DNA of 64,000 nt, from NCBI GenBank assembly GCA_964016885.1, contig OZ024744.1:126790001-126854000 (forward strand). Reading direction: 5' to 3'. The stretch comes from Eledone cirrhosa. Lineage: Eukaryota. Positions 40,006-54,779 of the stretch are shown piece by piece. Every line of letters begins with the position of its first letter. The first letter of the stretch is position 1. The translations under genes were made by a program, and so were the position numbers. The notes under the pieces are model-generated. The model did no database searches and was not told the origin of the DNA. It was given only the letters and a program-made list of their open reading frames with translations.

Positions 40006-41085
40006 CTACGTAGGTGAACAACCAGTGAAGAATTCTGAGAAAGATTTCCCACATATTTCACATGAATAAGCATTTTCTCCTGTGTGTATTCTTTTGTGTT
40101 TTACAAGATGGACCTTCTGAGTGAAAGATTTCCCACATATTTCACACAAATAAGGTTTTTCTCCTGTGTGTATTCTTTTGTGTTGCCGTAGATTAGAACC
40201 TAGAGAAAAATATTTCCCACATATTTCACAATGGAAGGGCTTTTCTCCAGTGTGTATTCTTTGGTGATATTCAAGTTGCACCATCTGAGTGAAATATTTC
40301 CCACATATTTCACATGAATAAGCTTTTTCTCCTGTGTGTATTCTTTTGTGATCTACAAGATGAGAACCTTGAGAAAAAGATTTCCCACATATTTCACAAT
40401 GGAAGGGTTTTTCTCCTGTGTGTATTATTTTGTGATCGACAAGATGAGAATTACAAGAAAAGGATTTCCCACATATTTGACATGAATAAGGTTTTTCTCC
40501 TGTGTGTATTCTTTTGTGATCGACAAGATGAGAATTACAAGAAAAGGATTTCCCACATATTTTACATGAATAAGATTTTTCTCCTGTGTGTGTTCTTTTG
40601 TGATCGACAAGATGAGAATTACAAGAAAAGGATTTCCCACATATTTTACATGAATAAGGTTTTTCTCCTGTGTGTGTTCTTATGTGAACTACAAGATTAG
40701 AATTACAAGAAAAAGATTTCCCACATATTTCACATGAATAAGGTTTCTCTCCTGTGTGTATTCTTTTGTGATCTACAAGATGAGGACCACGAGAAAAAGA
40801 TTTCCCACATATTTCACATGAATAAGCTTTTTCTCCTGTGTGTATTCTTTTGTGAACTACAAGATTAGAATTACAAGAAAAGGATTTCCCACATATTTCA
40901 CATGCAAAAGGTTTTTCTCCAGTGTGTGTTCTTATATGCCTTTTTAAATTTCTGTTCAAGACAAAAGACTTCCCACATATTTCACAATGGAAGGGTTTTT
41001 CTCCTGTGTGTATTTTCTCGTGTGAGGATAGTTTCAGTTTTGAAGGGAAAGTTTTCCTACAAATTTCACAGCTATATTCAGACAT
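40006..41085 (-). CDS. Tandem C2H2 (Kruppel-type) zinc-finger protein with 12 complete fingers in a single coding exon
   Basis: 359-aa ORF of CxxC-x12-HxxxH units with TGEKP linkers. A 13th finger is broken by a frameshift, with finger remnants downstream. Candidate upstream acceptor ttttacag|gacagg near 41761. Confidence 0.9.
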   Translation of the reverse strand: MSEYSCEICRKTFPSKLKLSSHEKIHTGEKPFHCEICGKSFVLNRNLKRHIRTHTGEKPFACEICGKSFSCNSNLVVHKRIHTGEKAYSCEICGKSFSRGPHLVDHKRIHTGEKPYSCEICGKSFSCNSNLVVHIRTHTGEKPYSCKICGKSFSCNSHLVDHKRTHTGEKSYSCKICGKSFSCNSHLVDHKRIHTGEKPYSCQICGKSFSCNSHLVDHKIIHTGEKPFHCEICGKSFSQGSHLVDHKRIHTGEKAYSCEICGKYFTQMVQLEYHQRIHTGEKPFHCEICGKYFSLGSNLRQHKRIHTGEKPYLCEICGKSFTQKVHLVKHKRIHTGENAYSCEICGKSFSEFFTGCSPT

Positions 41086-42038
41086 ATTTCTAGCTAGTGA
41101 TCTTTACATAAAGGATTCTCACTACTTTTACTGATACATTAAGAAATGTAGGTATGCTATGTAGTCTAATATACAAAGGGTCCATAAAAGACTGCAGAAG
41201 TCCGCTTTGTTCTTCTACAAGTTGTAATGTAGAATTTAGTTGGTACAAGAAATAAGACATATGTCAGTGTAAGACTGATCTTGGATGAAGAAAAGGCAAG
41301 TGCTTATATATGTGTGTGTGTGTGAGTGTGATTATTGTGGAATATACCACTATTATTATTGTTAAGGCGAGAGAAGCTCTATTCACAATAAAATCCTCAG
41401 CTCATAAAACAGACGAATAAGACTTCTATAGTTAAGGTTCTTGTTATTGGGGACAGTTCAGGTGACAAGAGGATTAATATTCATAATTTCAAAAGATGAA
41501 GGTTAATATATATACATATATATACAGACATACAGTGTGTAGGTATGAGAGAGAGAAATAGACGTGTGTGTAGAAATATGTGTGTAGGTGTTGTAATAAA
41601 TCAAGATATTTCACTTCAGATAGAAAAGTTCACAATGTTTGTGTTGTGGTGGAAAAGGAAATAATACGTACTTTAGTTCTCAAGACCAAATATAAAGTCA
41701 AGAAAAGTCAGTAAAAACTAAATGTTCACTGATTTCTGATTAAAATAATATTTTCCTGTCCTGTAAAATGTTGAACAACCACTTCAATATTTAATAATAC
41801 AGGTGATAAAACAACAACTATAAGGTAAATAAGTCACCTTATGTTATTTACAAACATTAACGTCCACCTTAATATGAAATAATCACCATAAAAGATAAAA
41901 TTAGATGAGGTTTAAGTTGTAACAATGGAGCTGATATAAATGGTAATATTTCACCGTCTAGTTGACACCGGTGTCATCACTTGAAAGTCCCCCACATAAT
42001 TTAATACATTCAGAAACAACTTCCGTTATATGAACTTG

Positions 42039-42220
42039 CAGAAAACCACCCGAAGGGAGCATGTGTAGTGTGTATATTGATATTATACACAGGTATATAT
42101 GATACATGTATATATATACCTGCGTATAATATCAATATACACACTACACATGCTACCATTGGGTGGTTTTCTGATAGCATGTGTAGTGTGTATATTGATA
42201 TTATACGCAAGTATATATAT
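42039..42220. repeat. ~135-bp imperfect palindrome plus a third arm copy
   Basis: cagaaaaccaccc...agcatgtgtagtgtgtatattgatattatacacagg pairs with cctgcgtataatatcaatatacacactacacatgct...gggtggttttctg. The arm is repeated at about 42176-42215. Confidence 0.85.
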
Positions 42221-42271
42221 ATACTTGTAGATATGATACATCAAATAAAATCGTAATTGACAATATATAAT

Positions 42272-42458
42272 TGTTTCTACGTTAGGCACAAGGCCAGTAA
42301 TTTAACCAGTGTATTACTAGTACTTTATTTTATCGACCCCGTATGGATGAAAGGCAAAGTTAACATCGGCGGGATTTGAACTCAGAATGGCAAGGGGCGT
42401 AACTCTATGCGTCAAAGTATGGCGTCCGACCCTCTACCAATACTGCCAATCCACCGCC
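42272..42458 (-). mobile_element. Full-length Meta-type SINE with 15-bp target-site duplication
   Basis: A and B boxes and central domain; TSD TTGACAATATATAAT at 42257-42271 and 42459-42473. Confidence 0.92.
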
Positions 42459-42620
42459 TTGACAATATATAATACACAGACATTGAACGAAGACTGTGTT
42501 ACACTGTCTTATGTAATCAGTAACACAATCCATGATACATTAAAAAAGACGATATTATATATAAACTGCATTAGGAGAAAATTAGTGACAGAAAATTAAT
42601 AGTTTATTGAAGGGATGGCC

Positions 42621-42631
42621 AACCGGAAGTG
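42621..42631. promoter_or_regulatory. Candidate ETS site upstream of the ZNF gene
   Basis: AACCGGAAGTG; position is compatible with a promoter for the minus-strand ZNF, but this is a single motif. Confidence 0.25.
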
Positions 42632-42987
42632 TTGACATTTCAGAAATTTTAAAGAAGTGAATTTTTAAACAAACAAAATATATTTAATCAACAGCCACGA
42701 AATTTAGTAGATAAATTATGTAATATTCATTCATTATTTATTCAAAGTAATCCAACTTATTTTACTAATGGGATAAACAATTAGAAACTGTACGCAGTCC
42801 CACGCTCCTTCTTTTATTATAGTTTAGATTCATACGTTCAATAGATATGCTAGTACTTTATTCAGATTTGAATAAATAACGTTATTAATGTTATATAACT
42901 GTTCATATTAAACCAAAACACATTATTAAAGGTAATAAAATATTTAAGTAATGAAAAAAAAAAAACGAATCAAACAACGAAAATAAT

Positions 42988-43168
42988 TTTTTCTACTTTT
43001 GGCACAAGGCCAGCAATTATTCCAGTGTATTACTGGTACTTTATTTTATCGACCTCGTAAGGATGAAAGGCAAAGTTAACCTCGGCGGGATTTGAACTCA
43101 GATCATAAAGGGAGGTAACTCTATGCTACAAAGCTTGGCGCCCGACGCTCTACCAACACTGCCAATCC
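42988..43168 (-). mobile_element. Meta-type SINE
   Basis: ctggtactttattttatcgacctcgtaaggatgaaaggcaaagttaacctcggcgggatttgaactcag...ctaccaacactgccaatcc. Confidence 0.9.
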
Positions 43169-43935
43169 AACGAAATTAACGGGAGAGGGACAGACTTTAT
43201 ATTTCAGTCTGAGCTCTGATTCAGCCCCACCCTACAGACAAAATGACAAAGGTGTCACCACAGAGAATAGCCAGAGTCGCCCACTGCAACATCCTCATGG
43301 GACTACTTCCTCAAGGGGGCTGCTGTCTTTCTAATTTTGAGGAGGAAATCAGCAGTGTGGGGACAAATAGGAAGTGGTTTGTCAGGCCCCAGTATTTAAC
43401 TATCTCCCTTTTCTCTCTATTGCAGGTAGTAAAGCCTGGGTTTGTGGCTGCAGGGAAAATGTTGGAGGCAGGGAATGATCCAACCCATGCTAAACCTCCA
43501 ACTAAAGCTGATACTTGTCTTTTTCAGCTGTGGAGATTAGAGACATGTGGAATGATGTGTCTTGCTTAAGGACACAATGTACCTCCCTAACTGACAATAG
43601 AAAACATGATATTACCATATGTTGTATGACTTCACTATACAATATATATGTGTTTGTATACATATATATAGTATATATTTGTGTATACATTGTCTCATTC
43701 CATGAGAGTAACTTGGTCAGTCTATGAACTCCTCATCCGACCCTTCTATAAGTATATACATGTTTGTCAGTGTGTGTGTACATATGTATATAGAATATTG
43801 TCACAACTACTATATACACCACATATACACTATATATAATATTGTCCAATATATATAGACTATATGTCATGTTGTCCAAGGGAAAGGCTGATATAGATCA
43901 GCACCAGTGACATTACAACTATTATATACACTATA

Positions 43936-45842
43936 TATCATCATCATCATTATCATTTAATGTCTATCTTCCACGCTAGCATGGGTTAGACGGGAATTGT
44001 CCCACTTGAGGCAAGATTGATTGGGTGACCGTGTCTCGCTCGTATAGGACTGTATCTGGCAGGTTTTCTACAGCTGGATGCCCTTCCTAACACCAACCAC
44101 ATTTCCAGTGTGGACTGGGAGTCTTTTCGTGATGTCACCTACACTACCTCTTTAGTTTGGACTGGATGTTGTGGCACCAACATAACTTTACAGAGACAGG
44201 GTAGTGTTGGTGGGAAGATGGAGTAGGGGTTGTGGGTTGGGGTGTATATTTGGTTAGGAGGGGCCTACTGACTGTAGGTTAACTTTGCACGTAGGGAAGG
44301 CAGGTCTTCTCTGTTGCTGTGTGGTGCCATATATCTCAATCCAGTGACATTGTCTAAGAGAGGTGTAAGTGTGTAAGGTTGGATTTTATGTCGTCCCAGG
44401 TTTTTCTGGGTCTACCTACTCCATAACTTCCATCAATTTTGATCTCCCTGCACTTTTTTATAAAGCTGTCATCTTTCATGTGCATCACATGACCATACCA
44501 ATGTAATCTTCTCTCAAGTAAACAGCATCTGATCCCTCTTATTCCTAATTCTCACTTAGTTTGTTTATGTTTTGCCGTTCATGTATATTACACGTCCAAC
44601 GGAGCATGCATACCTCATTCCTTTCCAATCTGTGCAGGTCCTCTGCACACAATGCCCATGTTTCACTGCCATGTAGCATTGCTGTTCGTATGCAGGCATC
44701 ATACAATCTGCCTTTCATTTTTAGAGAGAAACTTTTTGTGTCTAGCAGCAGTATTAGCTCTCTGAACTTTTTCCATCCCATTCTAACTCTGGCTACTACA
44801 CTTTCAGAGCACCCTCCCGCACTCTGATTTTGTCACCCAGGCAATGGAAAGTGTCCACTATTTCTATAGAACCATCTGGGCAGTAGAAGGTGCTAGTATC
44901 CTGTGGGTACTTGCTGCTTATTTCACCTGAGCATCGGCCACATATAAAATCTAGATTCTTAGATAGCTTACTTGTGATCTCACTACATCTTTTATGTACC
45001 CATAGTTTGTATTTGTGGCATAGAATGGAATTTCTACCTACTCCTTTCCTACACACTGAGCATGGCACCGGTGCCCTATTTTCTTTTATACATACTAGAC
45101 ATTTAGTCTTAGACAAGTTAACTTTAAGGCCTTTTGATTCTAGGCGATGCTTCCATTTTTGGAATTTCTTCTGTAGTTCAGCCATAGATTCGGCTAGGAG
45201 AGTTAGATCATCTGAATATAGAAGTTCCCGTGGGCAGCTGGTCTTAAACCCCTCTGTTATAGCCTGAAGGGCAATAATAAACAGGACGAAGCTAAGGATG
45301 GGGCCTTGGTGAACCCCTACTTTTACACTAAATTCTTCACTATATTCATTGTTAATTCTAACCTTGCTGACTGTTCCTCTATACATGGCTTGTATAGCTC
45401 TCACAAGCCATTCATTTACTCCTAGTTTTCTAAGGGTCCACCAGATAATGGAGTGTGGGACTCTGTCAAAGGCTTTCTCCAAGTCAACAAAAGCTAAGTA
45501 TAAGGGGTTTACTTTTAACTGGGTACTTCTCCTGTAGTTGCTGTACATGGAAAATAGCATCTGTGGTACTTTTTACCTGGCACGAACCCAAACTACATTT
45601 CATCTTGATCAATTCTGTCTCTGATTAGTTGTGCTATAACTCTTTCTGTGACCTTCATGACCTGGTCAACTACCTTAATGCCTCTATAGTTTCCTCTATT
45701 TAGAGCATCTCCTTTGCCCTTGTAGCAGTTAACGATGATGCTGCTACGCCAGTCATTTGGTATGACCCCATTCTGTATTACTTGTATACTATCTGGGTGT
45801 CCACAGTATGTCCCACCATTCCAGATACTTTCAGCATCTCAA
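43936..45842 (-). mobile_element. 5'-truncated decayed RTE LINE
   Basis: ORFs 44796-45560 and 44545-44781 (FVDLEKAFDRVP, GVHQG, YSDD, LHGSETW); (TGA)n tail. Confidence 0.93.
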
Positions 45843-47085
45843 CAGTGGCCCTATTCTATATTTATAAAAGAAGTAGGCATAAACTCTACAGAATGTACAC
45901 AATGTAAATCTTGGATACACAAGTGATGTAGTGGGATATCGGGTTGGCTAACAGGAAGGGAAGAGTTTGTATGTAAAAGATACACAGGAGTAATTGAGGA
46001 GAAGTGTGTCAATGATATAAGCCTATTCCAATGACGGGAAGGATCCATAGAAGTGGTTGACAGCTTCTGTTATCTAGGTGACATAATTAGCAGCAGAGGA
46101 GGGTACCCTGAGAACATAATAGCTAGAATAAGGAGAGGATGGGGGAAGTTTAGAAAGCTACTCCCACTGTTGATAAAAGTTTCCTCCCTATGTACAAAAG
46201 GATGACTGTATGATGTCTGTGTATGAATTGTGGTGCTACATGGTAGTGAAACATGGGTAGTGACTGCAGAGGACGTGGTGCTACATGGTAGTGAAACATG
46301 GGCTGTGACTGCAGAGGATATGTGGTGCTACATGGTAGTGAAACATGGGCTGTGACTGAAGAGGACATGTGGTGCTACATGGTAGTGAAACATGGGCAGT
46401 GACTGCAGAGGACATGTGATGCTACATGGTAGTGAAACATGGGCAGTGACTGCAGAGGACATGTGATGCTACATGGTAGTGAAACATGGACAGTGACTGC
46501 AGAGGACATGTGGTGCTACATGGTAGTGAAACATGGGCAGTGACTGCAGAGGACATGTGATGCTACATGGTAGTGAAACATGGACAGTGACTGCAGAGGA
46601 CATGTGGTGCTACATGGTAGTGAAACATGGGCAGTGACTGCAGAGGACATGTGGTGCTACATGTTAGTGAAACATGGGCTGTGACTGCAGAGGATATGCA
46701 TTGTCTTGAAAGAAATGAAGCAGCCATGCTTCAGTGGATGTGGAAGAAAGACGGGGCTTGGATGAACTGAGGGAGAAACTGGGTTTAAGAGGAATCCGAA
46801 GTGGTGTGCAAGACAGAAGACTGTGTTGGTACGGACATTTGGTGTACATAGATGATGATCATTGGGTGAAGAAGTGCCAGGGAATCCCAGTGGAATGAAG
46901 CTACAGTAGAGGTAGACCAAGAAAGACCTGGACAGAGGTGATGAAAGCTGATCTCATATTACTGAGATTCACAGAGAAGATGACAGAGGAATGGGGAAAG
47001 TGGAGAGATGTTGTGCTGAAATGGACCCATCCAACCCATGCAAGTATTGGAAAACTGTTGTAAAAAGGATAATGATGGTGATGAT
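45843..47085 (+). mobile_element. Decayed RTE LINE 3' part containing an internal 47-bp tandem array
   Basis: ECTQCKSWIHK, GSIEVVDSFCYLGD, RRLCWYGH, GRPRKTW; 3' end acccatccaacccatgcaag. Confidence 0.9.
46229..46698 (+). repeat. 47-bp tandem array (10 copies) of the RTE VLHGSETWAVTAED segment
   Basis: Unit gtggtgctacatggtagtgaaacatgggcagtgactgcagaggacat, colinear with the flanking LINE sequence. Confidence 0.95.
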
Positions 47086-47089
47086 ATAT

Positions 47090-47695
47090 ATGATGCTGTA
47101 TGCAGGAGAGGAGATTACATTGATATGGACATGTGATGTGTATAAAGGATGACAGCAGTATACAAAGATGCAGGTTACTCAAAGTTGATGGAAGCTATGG
47201 AGTAGACTTGGGATGAGGTGATAAAAGCTGACTTTGCACAATTACACATCTCACAAATGATGACACAGGATTGAGATATCTGGCATTATGTAGTTATACC
47301 GAGGACTTGCCCTCCAATGTGCATGGTTAAAGTATACATCTAGTATGCACATCCTACCCTACCCCTTTCACCCAATTCCCACGCCCTAACATACCTCCCT
47401 CCACCCATGTCTTAACACTCCACATACACCCAAACGCCCCACCCTTCACCAGATAAGTGCCCCACATTTGATCAATCTCCCCACCCAGCCCATAGTCGAC
47501 ACTGTAATGTGATCGTCTTGGTGCCACGACAAAAAGTATCCAGTCCATACTGTAAAGTAGTGATTTTGGTGCCATGATAGTGCCCAGTCCACACTGGGCT
47601 CATTTTGGTGATACTGAAGAAAGCACCCAGTACACACTGCAAATGGAGTTGGCGTTATGAAGGGCATTCAGTCATGGAAACCAAGATACGGTCAT
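47090..47695 (+). mobile_element. RTE LINE 3' fragment with 3' UTR
   Basis: CCMQERRLH*YGHVMCIKDDS; UTR resembles the reverse complement of 35540-35760. Confidence 0.75.
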
Positions 47696-48057
47696 CTGAT
47701 CTGAATTGGGGTTGATTTAATCAACTTTGTCCCTCTCCTAAATCTGCTGCTCTTGAGCCTAATTTACAAATCAATAGAGATTTAACTAGTTTTAGCAAAT
47801 AATATTTGTTGCTTCATATTTCTTGAAACATTTCTTATAATTGACTGTGACTAACAACAATCAGTAAACTATACCATCAATACCCCCAATGATACAAACC
47901 TGGACAGTGTGGGAGAATTCTCTCTGGCATGGAGAACATTAGGTACCAGCTACCTTGTGGTCCCAGGAGAGGACAGAATGGTGAAAGGGGGTTACCCTAG
48001 AGGACAGCAAGTGAGATGTGTTGAAATAGCTTTTGAAATTTGTGGGGCTCTCACCTG

Positions 48058-48713
48058 TGTGTGGCCAACTCCACCCTGATAACAGTTAGTAGGGATGTAG
48101 TTTAGGGACCAAGTCTGACAATTGTCTCCACCACTATAGTTTAACAAGACACTCCTGTGGGTGGTTAACTCCACCCTGATAACAGTTAGTAGGGAGGTGG
48201 TTTAGGGACCAAGTCTGACAATTGTCTCCACCACTATAGTTTAACAAGACACTCCTGTGTGTTGCTAACTCCACCCTGATAACAGTTAGTAGGGAGGTGT
48301 TATAGGGACCAAGTCTGACAATTGTCTCCACCACTATAGTTTAACAAGACACTCCTGTGTGTTGTTAACTCCACCCTGATAACAGTTAGTAGGGAGGTGG
48401 TATAGGGATCAAGTCTGACAATTGTCTCCACCACTATAGTTTAACAAGACACTGCTGTGTGTTGCTAACTCGACCCTGATAACAGTTAGTAGGGAGGTGT
48501 TATAGGGACCAAGTCTGACAATTGTCTCCACCACTATAGTTTAACAAGACACTCCTGTGGGTGGCCAACTCCACCCTGATAACAGTTAGTAGGGAGGTAG
48601 TATAGGGACCAAGTCTGACAATTGTCTCCACCACTATAGTTTAACAAGACACTCCTGTGGGTGGCTAACTCCACCCTGATAACAGTTAGTAGGGAGGTGG
48701 TATAGGGACCAAG
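48058..48713. repeat. 100-bp tandem repeat, ~6.5 copies
   Basis: ccaccctgat (one variant cgaccctgat) recurs every 100 bp from 48071 to 48671. Confidence 0.97.
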
Positions 48714-48943
48714 AACGCCAGAAATCTCCATTACTACAAGTTCAACAACAAACAACTAATACTTCAACAGTTTGTGATATTTTGTGACTAAGTTTTCATT
48801 TTTCTTGTTACTTTAGGGAAACAATGATACCACCAAAGTTAGTGGCCCTATAACCAGGATATTGTCAAATTTCTAAATTTCAGTTGTAAAATATACGAAG
48901 AGTGATAGAATTTCAATGATTTTAAACAATATTGAAGTGTTTG

Positions 48944-50018
48944 TGTTAGATGTATTAAAACTACTTACAAGATGATATCATTACATATGGTGTTAATAAC
49001 AGAGATTTAGATGGGTGTTAGATGTATTAAAACTACTTACAATATGGTATCATTATATATAGTGTTAATAACAGAGATTTAGATGGGTGTTAGATGTATT
49101 AAAACTACTAACAAGATGATATCATTACATATGGTGTTAATAACAGAGATTTAGATGGGTGTTAGATGTATTAAAACTACTTACAAGATGATATCATTAC
49201 ATATGGTGTTAATAACAGAGATTTAGATGGGTGTTAGATGTATTAAAACTACTTACAAGATAATATCATTACATATAGTGTTAATAACAGAGATTTAGAT
49301 GGGTGTTAGATGTATTAAAACTACTTACAAGATGGTATCATTACATATGGTGTTAATAACAGAGATTTAGATAGGTGTTAGATGTATTAAAACTACTTAC
49401 AAGGTGATATCATTACATATGGTGTTAATAACAGAGATTTAGATAGGTGTTAGATGTATTAAAACTACTTACAAGGTGATATCATTACATATAGTGTTAA
49501 TAACAGAGATTTAGATAGGTGTTAGATGTATTAAAACTACTTACAAGATGATATCATTACATACGGTGTTAATAACAGAGATTTAGATGGGTGCTAGATG
49601 TATTAAAACTACTAACAAGATGATATCATTACATATGGTGTTAATAACAGAGATTTAGATGGGTGTTAGATGTATTAAAACTACTTACAAGGTGATATCA
49701 TTATATATGGTGTTAATAACAGAGATTTAGATGGGTATTAGATGTATTAAAACTACTTACAAGATGATATTATTACATATGGTGTTAATAGCAGAGATGT
49801 AGATGGGTGTTAGATGTATTAAAACTACTTACAAGATATCATTACATCTGGTGTTAATAACAGAGATTTAGATGGGTGTTAGATGTATTAAAACTACTTA
49901 CAAGATGATATCATTACATATGGTGTTAATAACAGAGATTTAGATAGGTGTTCGATGTATTAAAACTACTTACAAATGATATCATTACATGTGGTGTTAA
50001 TAACAGAGATTTAGATGG
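48944..50018. repeat. 72-bp tandem repeat, ~15 copies
   Basis: Unit gtgttagatgtattaaaactacttacaagatgatatcattacatatggtgttaataacagagatttagatgg. Confidence 0.97.
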
Positions 50019-50391
50019 CAAAATAAAAAAAAGTTTGAAGTTAGACTTGATAAATTCCTTGAATGTAATTTTTTTATTAACAACAAATAGAATGAAATTT
50101 TGGACATAAATACAATTTATAAAATTAATTATGAAAAATTAATAAATTATATACAAAACAATGAAATCAATAAAAAAAAAAGTGAGTCAAAAAGAAAATG
50201 TTGTATAACAGAGAATGTTGATTTTACCCTCTAAAATTTCTGAGACTAGACACACACAGCATTACCTCAGGTGATAGAGGGCTCTTCCATTACACATTAC
50301 AACAGGGAATGTTGGTGTAGGCCTCTAAAAATTATCATAGCAGAGAAGACATTACCTCAGGTGATAGAGGGTCCCTTAATTACACACTACA

Positions 50392-51636
<1,245 letters not shown>

Positions 51637-52211
51637 AGTAATTGTTGGAGAATTCTTCGCAGTTCTGTAGATATATGACTGTGTAAGACAGATGTTGGTA
51701 TAAGAAAGTGTAAGAGAGATAGTGTGTGTGTGTGTTTGTGTCTTAATAAATCGGGATTATTCACCACGGAGTGTAGAAAAGTACACAATATCTGCTGTGT
51801 TAACAATACAAATGATACGTACTTTATATTTCAAGTTCAAGTGTAAAGTCAGGAAAGACCAGGGAAGCTAATTGTTCAGATGTTGGTGATTTAAACCTAT
51901 TTCTCACTGTCCTGTAAAATGTGGAGCAACCAATTAACGATGTAGTGTAGTTTCACATGAAAGGAAATATTTAATCATGTAGGAGATGGAACACCTACCC
52001 TGGAACATGGAGCTCACTCTATGTTATCTACAAAATATTAACTTTCACCTTAACATGAGATAATTGCTATACAAGATATAATTAGATTAATTAAAGTTAT
52101 AATTAAGATAGCAGGTACGTGGTGTCGTTGGTAATGTTTCCCCGCTCTTAAATAAAACCGGTGTCATACGTTAAAAGTCCCTGACATAATTTAATTCCTT
52201 CAGAAAGACCT

Positions 52212-53697
52212 TCATCATCATCATCATCATCATCATCAACGTTTAACGTCCGTGTTCCACGCTTGCATGGGTTTGGACGGGGGTAGTCCCACTTGAGGCA
52301 AGAGTGATTGTCTTGCTCGCATAGGACTGTCTGGCAGGTTTTCTACAGTTGGATGCCCTTCCTAACACCAACCACATTTACAGTGTGGGTCTGGGAGGTT
52401 TTTACCGTGTTGCCTACACGGCCACATTACAGCGTGGACTGTGTTTTTTTGTCGTGACACCTACACGATCTCATTTGTTTCGGCCTGGATGGCGCGGTAC
52501 CAACATAACTTTACATAGAACGGGGTGGTGTGGTGGTGGGACGGGGTGTATTTTGTTAGAGATGCCTACTGGCAAGGCGGGTCTTCTCTGTTACTGAGTA
52601 CCGCCAAAGGTCTCGGTCCAGTGACATTGTCTTTGAGAGGTGTAAGTGTGTGAGGTCGGAGTTTATCAGCTCGTCCCAGGCTTTTCTAGGTCTGCCTATT
52701 CCGTGGCTACCGTCTATCTTTATTGCCCTGCACTTTGTTATACAGCTATCGACTTTCATAAGCATCACATGTCCATACCAACGTAGCCTTCTCTCGAGTA
52801 AACAACATCTGATCCCTCTTATCTCTAATTTTTTCCTTAGTTCGTTTATGCTTTGCCGTTCACGTATATTACTGTTACACATCCAGCGGAGCATGCAAGC
52901 TTCGTTCCTCTCTAGTCTGCGTATATCCTCTGCACACAATGCCCAGGTCTCACTGCCATGCAACATTGCTGTTCGTATGCAGGCATCGTACAACCTGCCT
53001 TTCATTTTTAGGGAGAACCCTTTCGCAGCTAATAGTGGTATAAGCTCTCTGAACTTTTTCCAACCAGTTCTGACTCTAGCTACTGTACTTTCAGAGCACC
53101 CTCCCCCACTGCTGATTTTATCGCCCAGGTAACGGAAGCTGTCCACTATTTCTATAGAACCCTCTGCGCAATTGAAAGAGCTAGTATTTTGTGGGCACTT
53201 GCTGCTACTTATTGCACCAGAACACCGCCCACATGTAAAATCTAAGTTCTTAGTTAGCTTACCTGTGATTCCACTACATCTTTTATGCATCCATACTTTG
53301 CATTTAGGACATAAAATGGAGTTTCTACCTACGCCTTTCCTACACACCGAGCACGACCACTTCCCAGAAGGGACCGCCGCCTTGTTTTCTTTCCTACAAA
53401 CTAGAACTTTAGTCTTAGCCAGGTTAATTTTAAGTCCTTTTGATTCTAGGCCGTGCTTCCATGTTTGGAATTTCTTCTCTAGCTCGGCCATTGATTCAGC
53501 TATGAGTGTCAGGTCGTCTGCGTATAGGAGTTCCCATGGGCAGCCGGTCTTGAACTCCTCTGTTATAGCCTGAAGGGCAATAATAAATAGTAGGGGGCTG
53601 AGAACAGAGCCCTGATGGACGCCAACTTTTACGCTAAACTCTTCACTATATTCGTTGTTAATTCTAACCTTGCTGACTGTTTCTTTATACATGGCTT
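52212..53697 (-). mobile_element. 5'-truncated RTE LINE with an intact 378-aa C-terminal ORF; same family as 35442-37822
   Basis: GVHQGSVLSPLLF, YADD, zinc insert, LHGSETW, RRLRWYGHV; (TGA)n tail. Confidence 0.96.
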
Positions 53698-54102
53698 ATC
53701 AATTCACTCCATCAATTGTATCCAACCATTGGTAAAACAAACAACATCTTCCAGTAAAATATTTATTACGTAACAACGAGGGAGTCTCTTACCTGGTTAC
53801 TTGACCTGGTAGAAATAGCAGCCAACACACACTCTAAAGTCTTAAAGTAAAGGAATTACACATTTCGTGACTCGACAGGTTTGCGGTCGTGCCCTTGGCA
53901 GTAGGGACTTCCGGTGTCCTTGGCCCTAGGGCTACTTCCCTACCTACCACCATAGAAACAGAGTTTACTACCCGCAGAGAGACTCTTACCTAGTAGCTTG
54001 ACGTGTTAGAAATAGCAGCCAAATATCATTCTCTACTGTCTTACGGCAGCAAAGACGATGTTCTACGATTTAGTCACACACACACACACGTATGTGTGTA
54101 TA

Positions 54103-54187
<85 letters not shown>

Positions 54188-54577
54188 GTCTGTATATAAG
54201 CCACTAACTCTAAATAAAAATCGCCCATATTCTCCAGTTTAAAACACTGGAGGAAGACATTGAGTCGTTTAGTCATATATATATATATATATATATATGT
54301 TAATATTTTGAATTAATATTAATAACTCCGGAAAACCAAAACTGTGGAGTGCTTCTAATCTATTGTAAAACTTTATTCATTGATTTATTCATTGAACCTT
54401 GTTTAACCTTTAAATATATATATGACTAAACGATGTGATAAAAACCACAGACCCTCCATCTCAACTCTACTTTTGAAAAGTAGAAGAACTGCGAAACCGG
54501 TAAAGGAACCAAATAAATATATATATATTTTTTTTTTAAATAAGGCTCCAGTTGCATTTTCGATTTCATCTTTTTTT

Positions 54578-54621
<44 letters not shown>

Positions 54622-54779
54622 GATGGGTACAGCTAAAACCATTTCCAATATTTAAATATATGCCTACTCGATCATACTAATCTGGGACTTGAATTATGCC
54701 ATGGTGAGGTTGTCTCCCCTGGTAGTGTTAATTGTTTGTATATATATTTATATCTCCATCTGTAACTCAATAACATTTA

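Noticed and set aside
43936-47085. Twin-priming inversion of a single RTE
   Set aside because: Both halves have their own 3' ends and cover overlapping regions with different sequences, so they are two insertions
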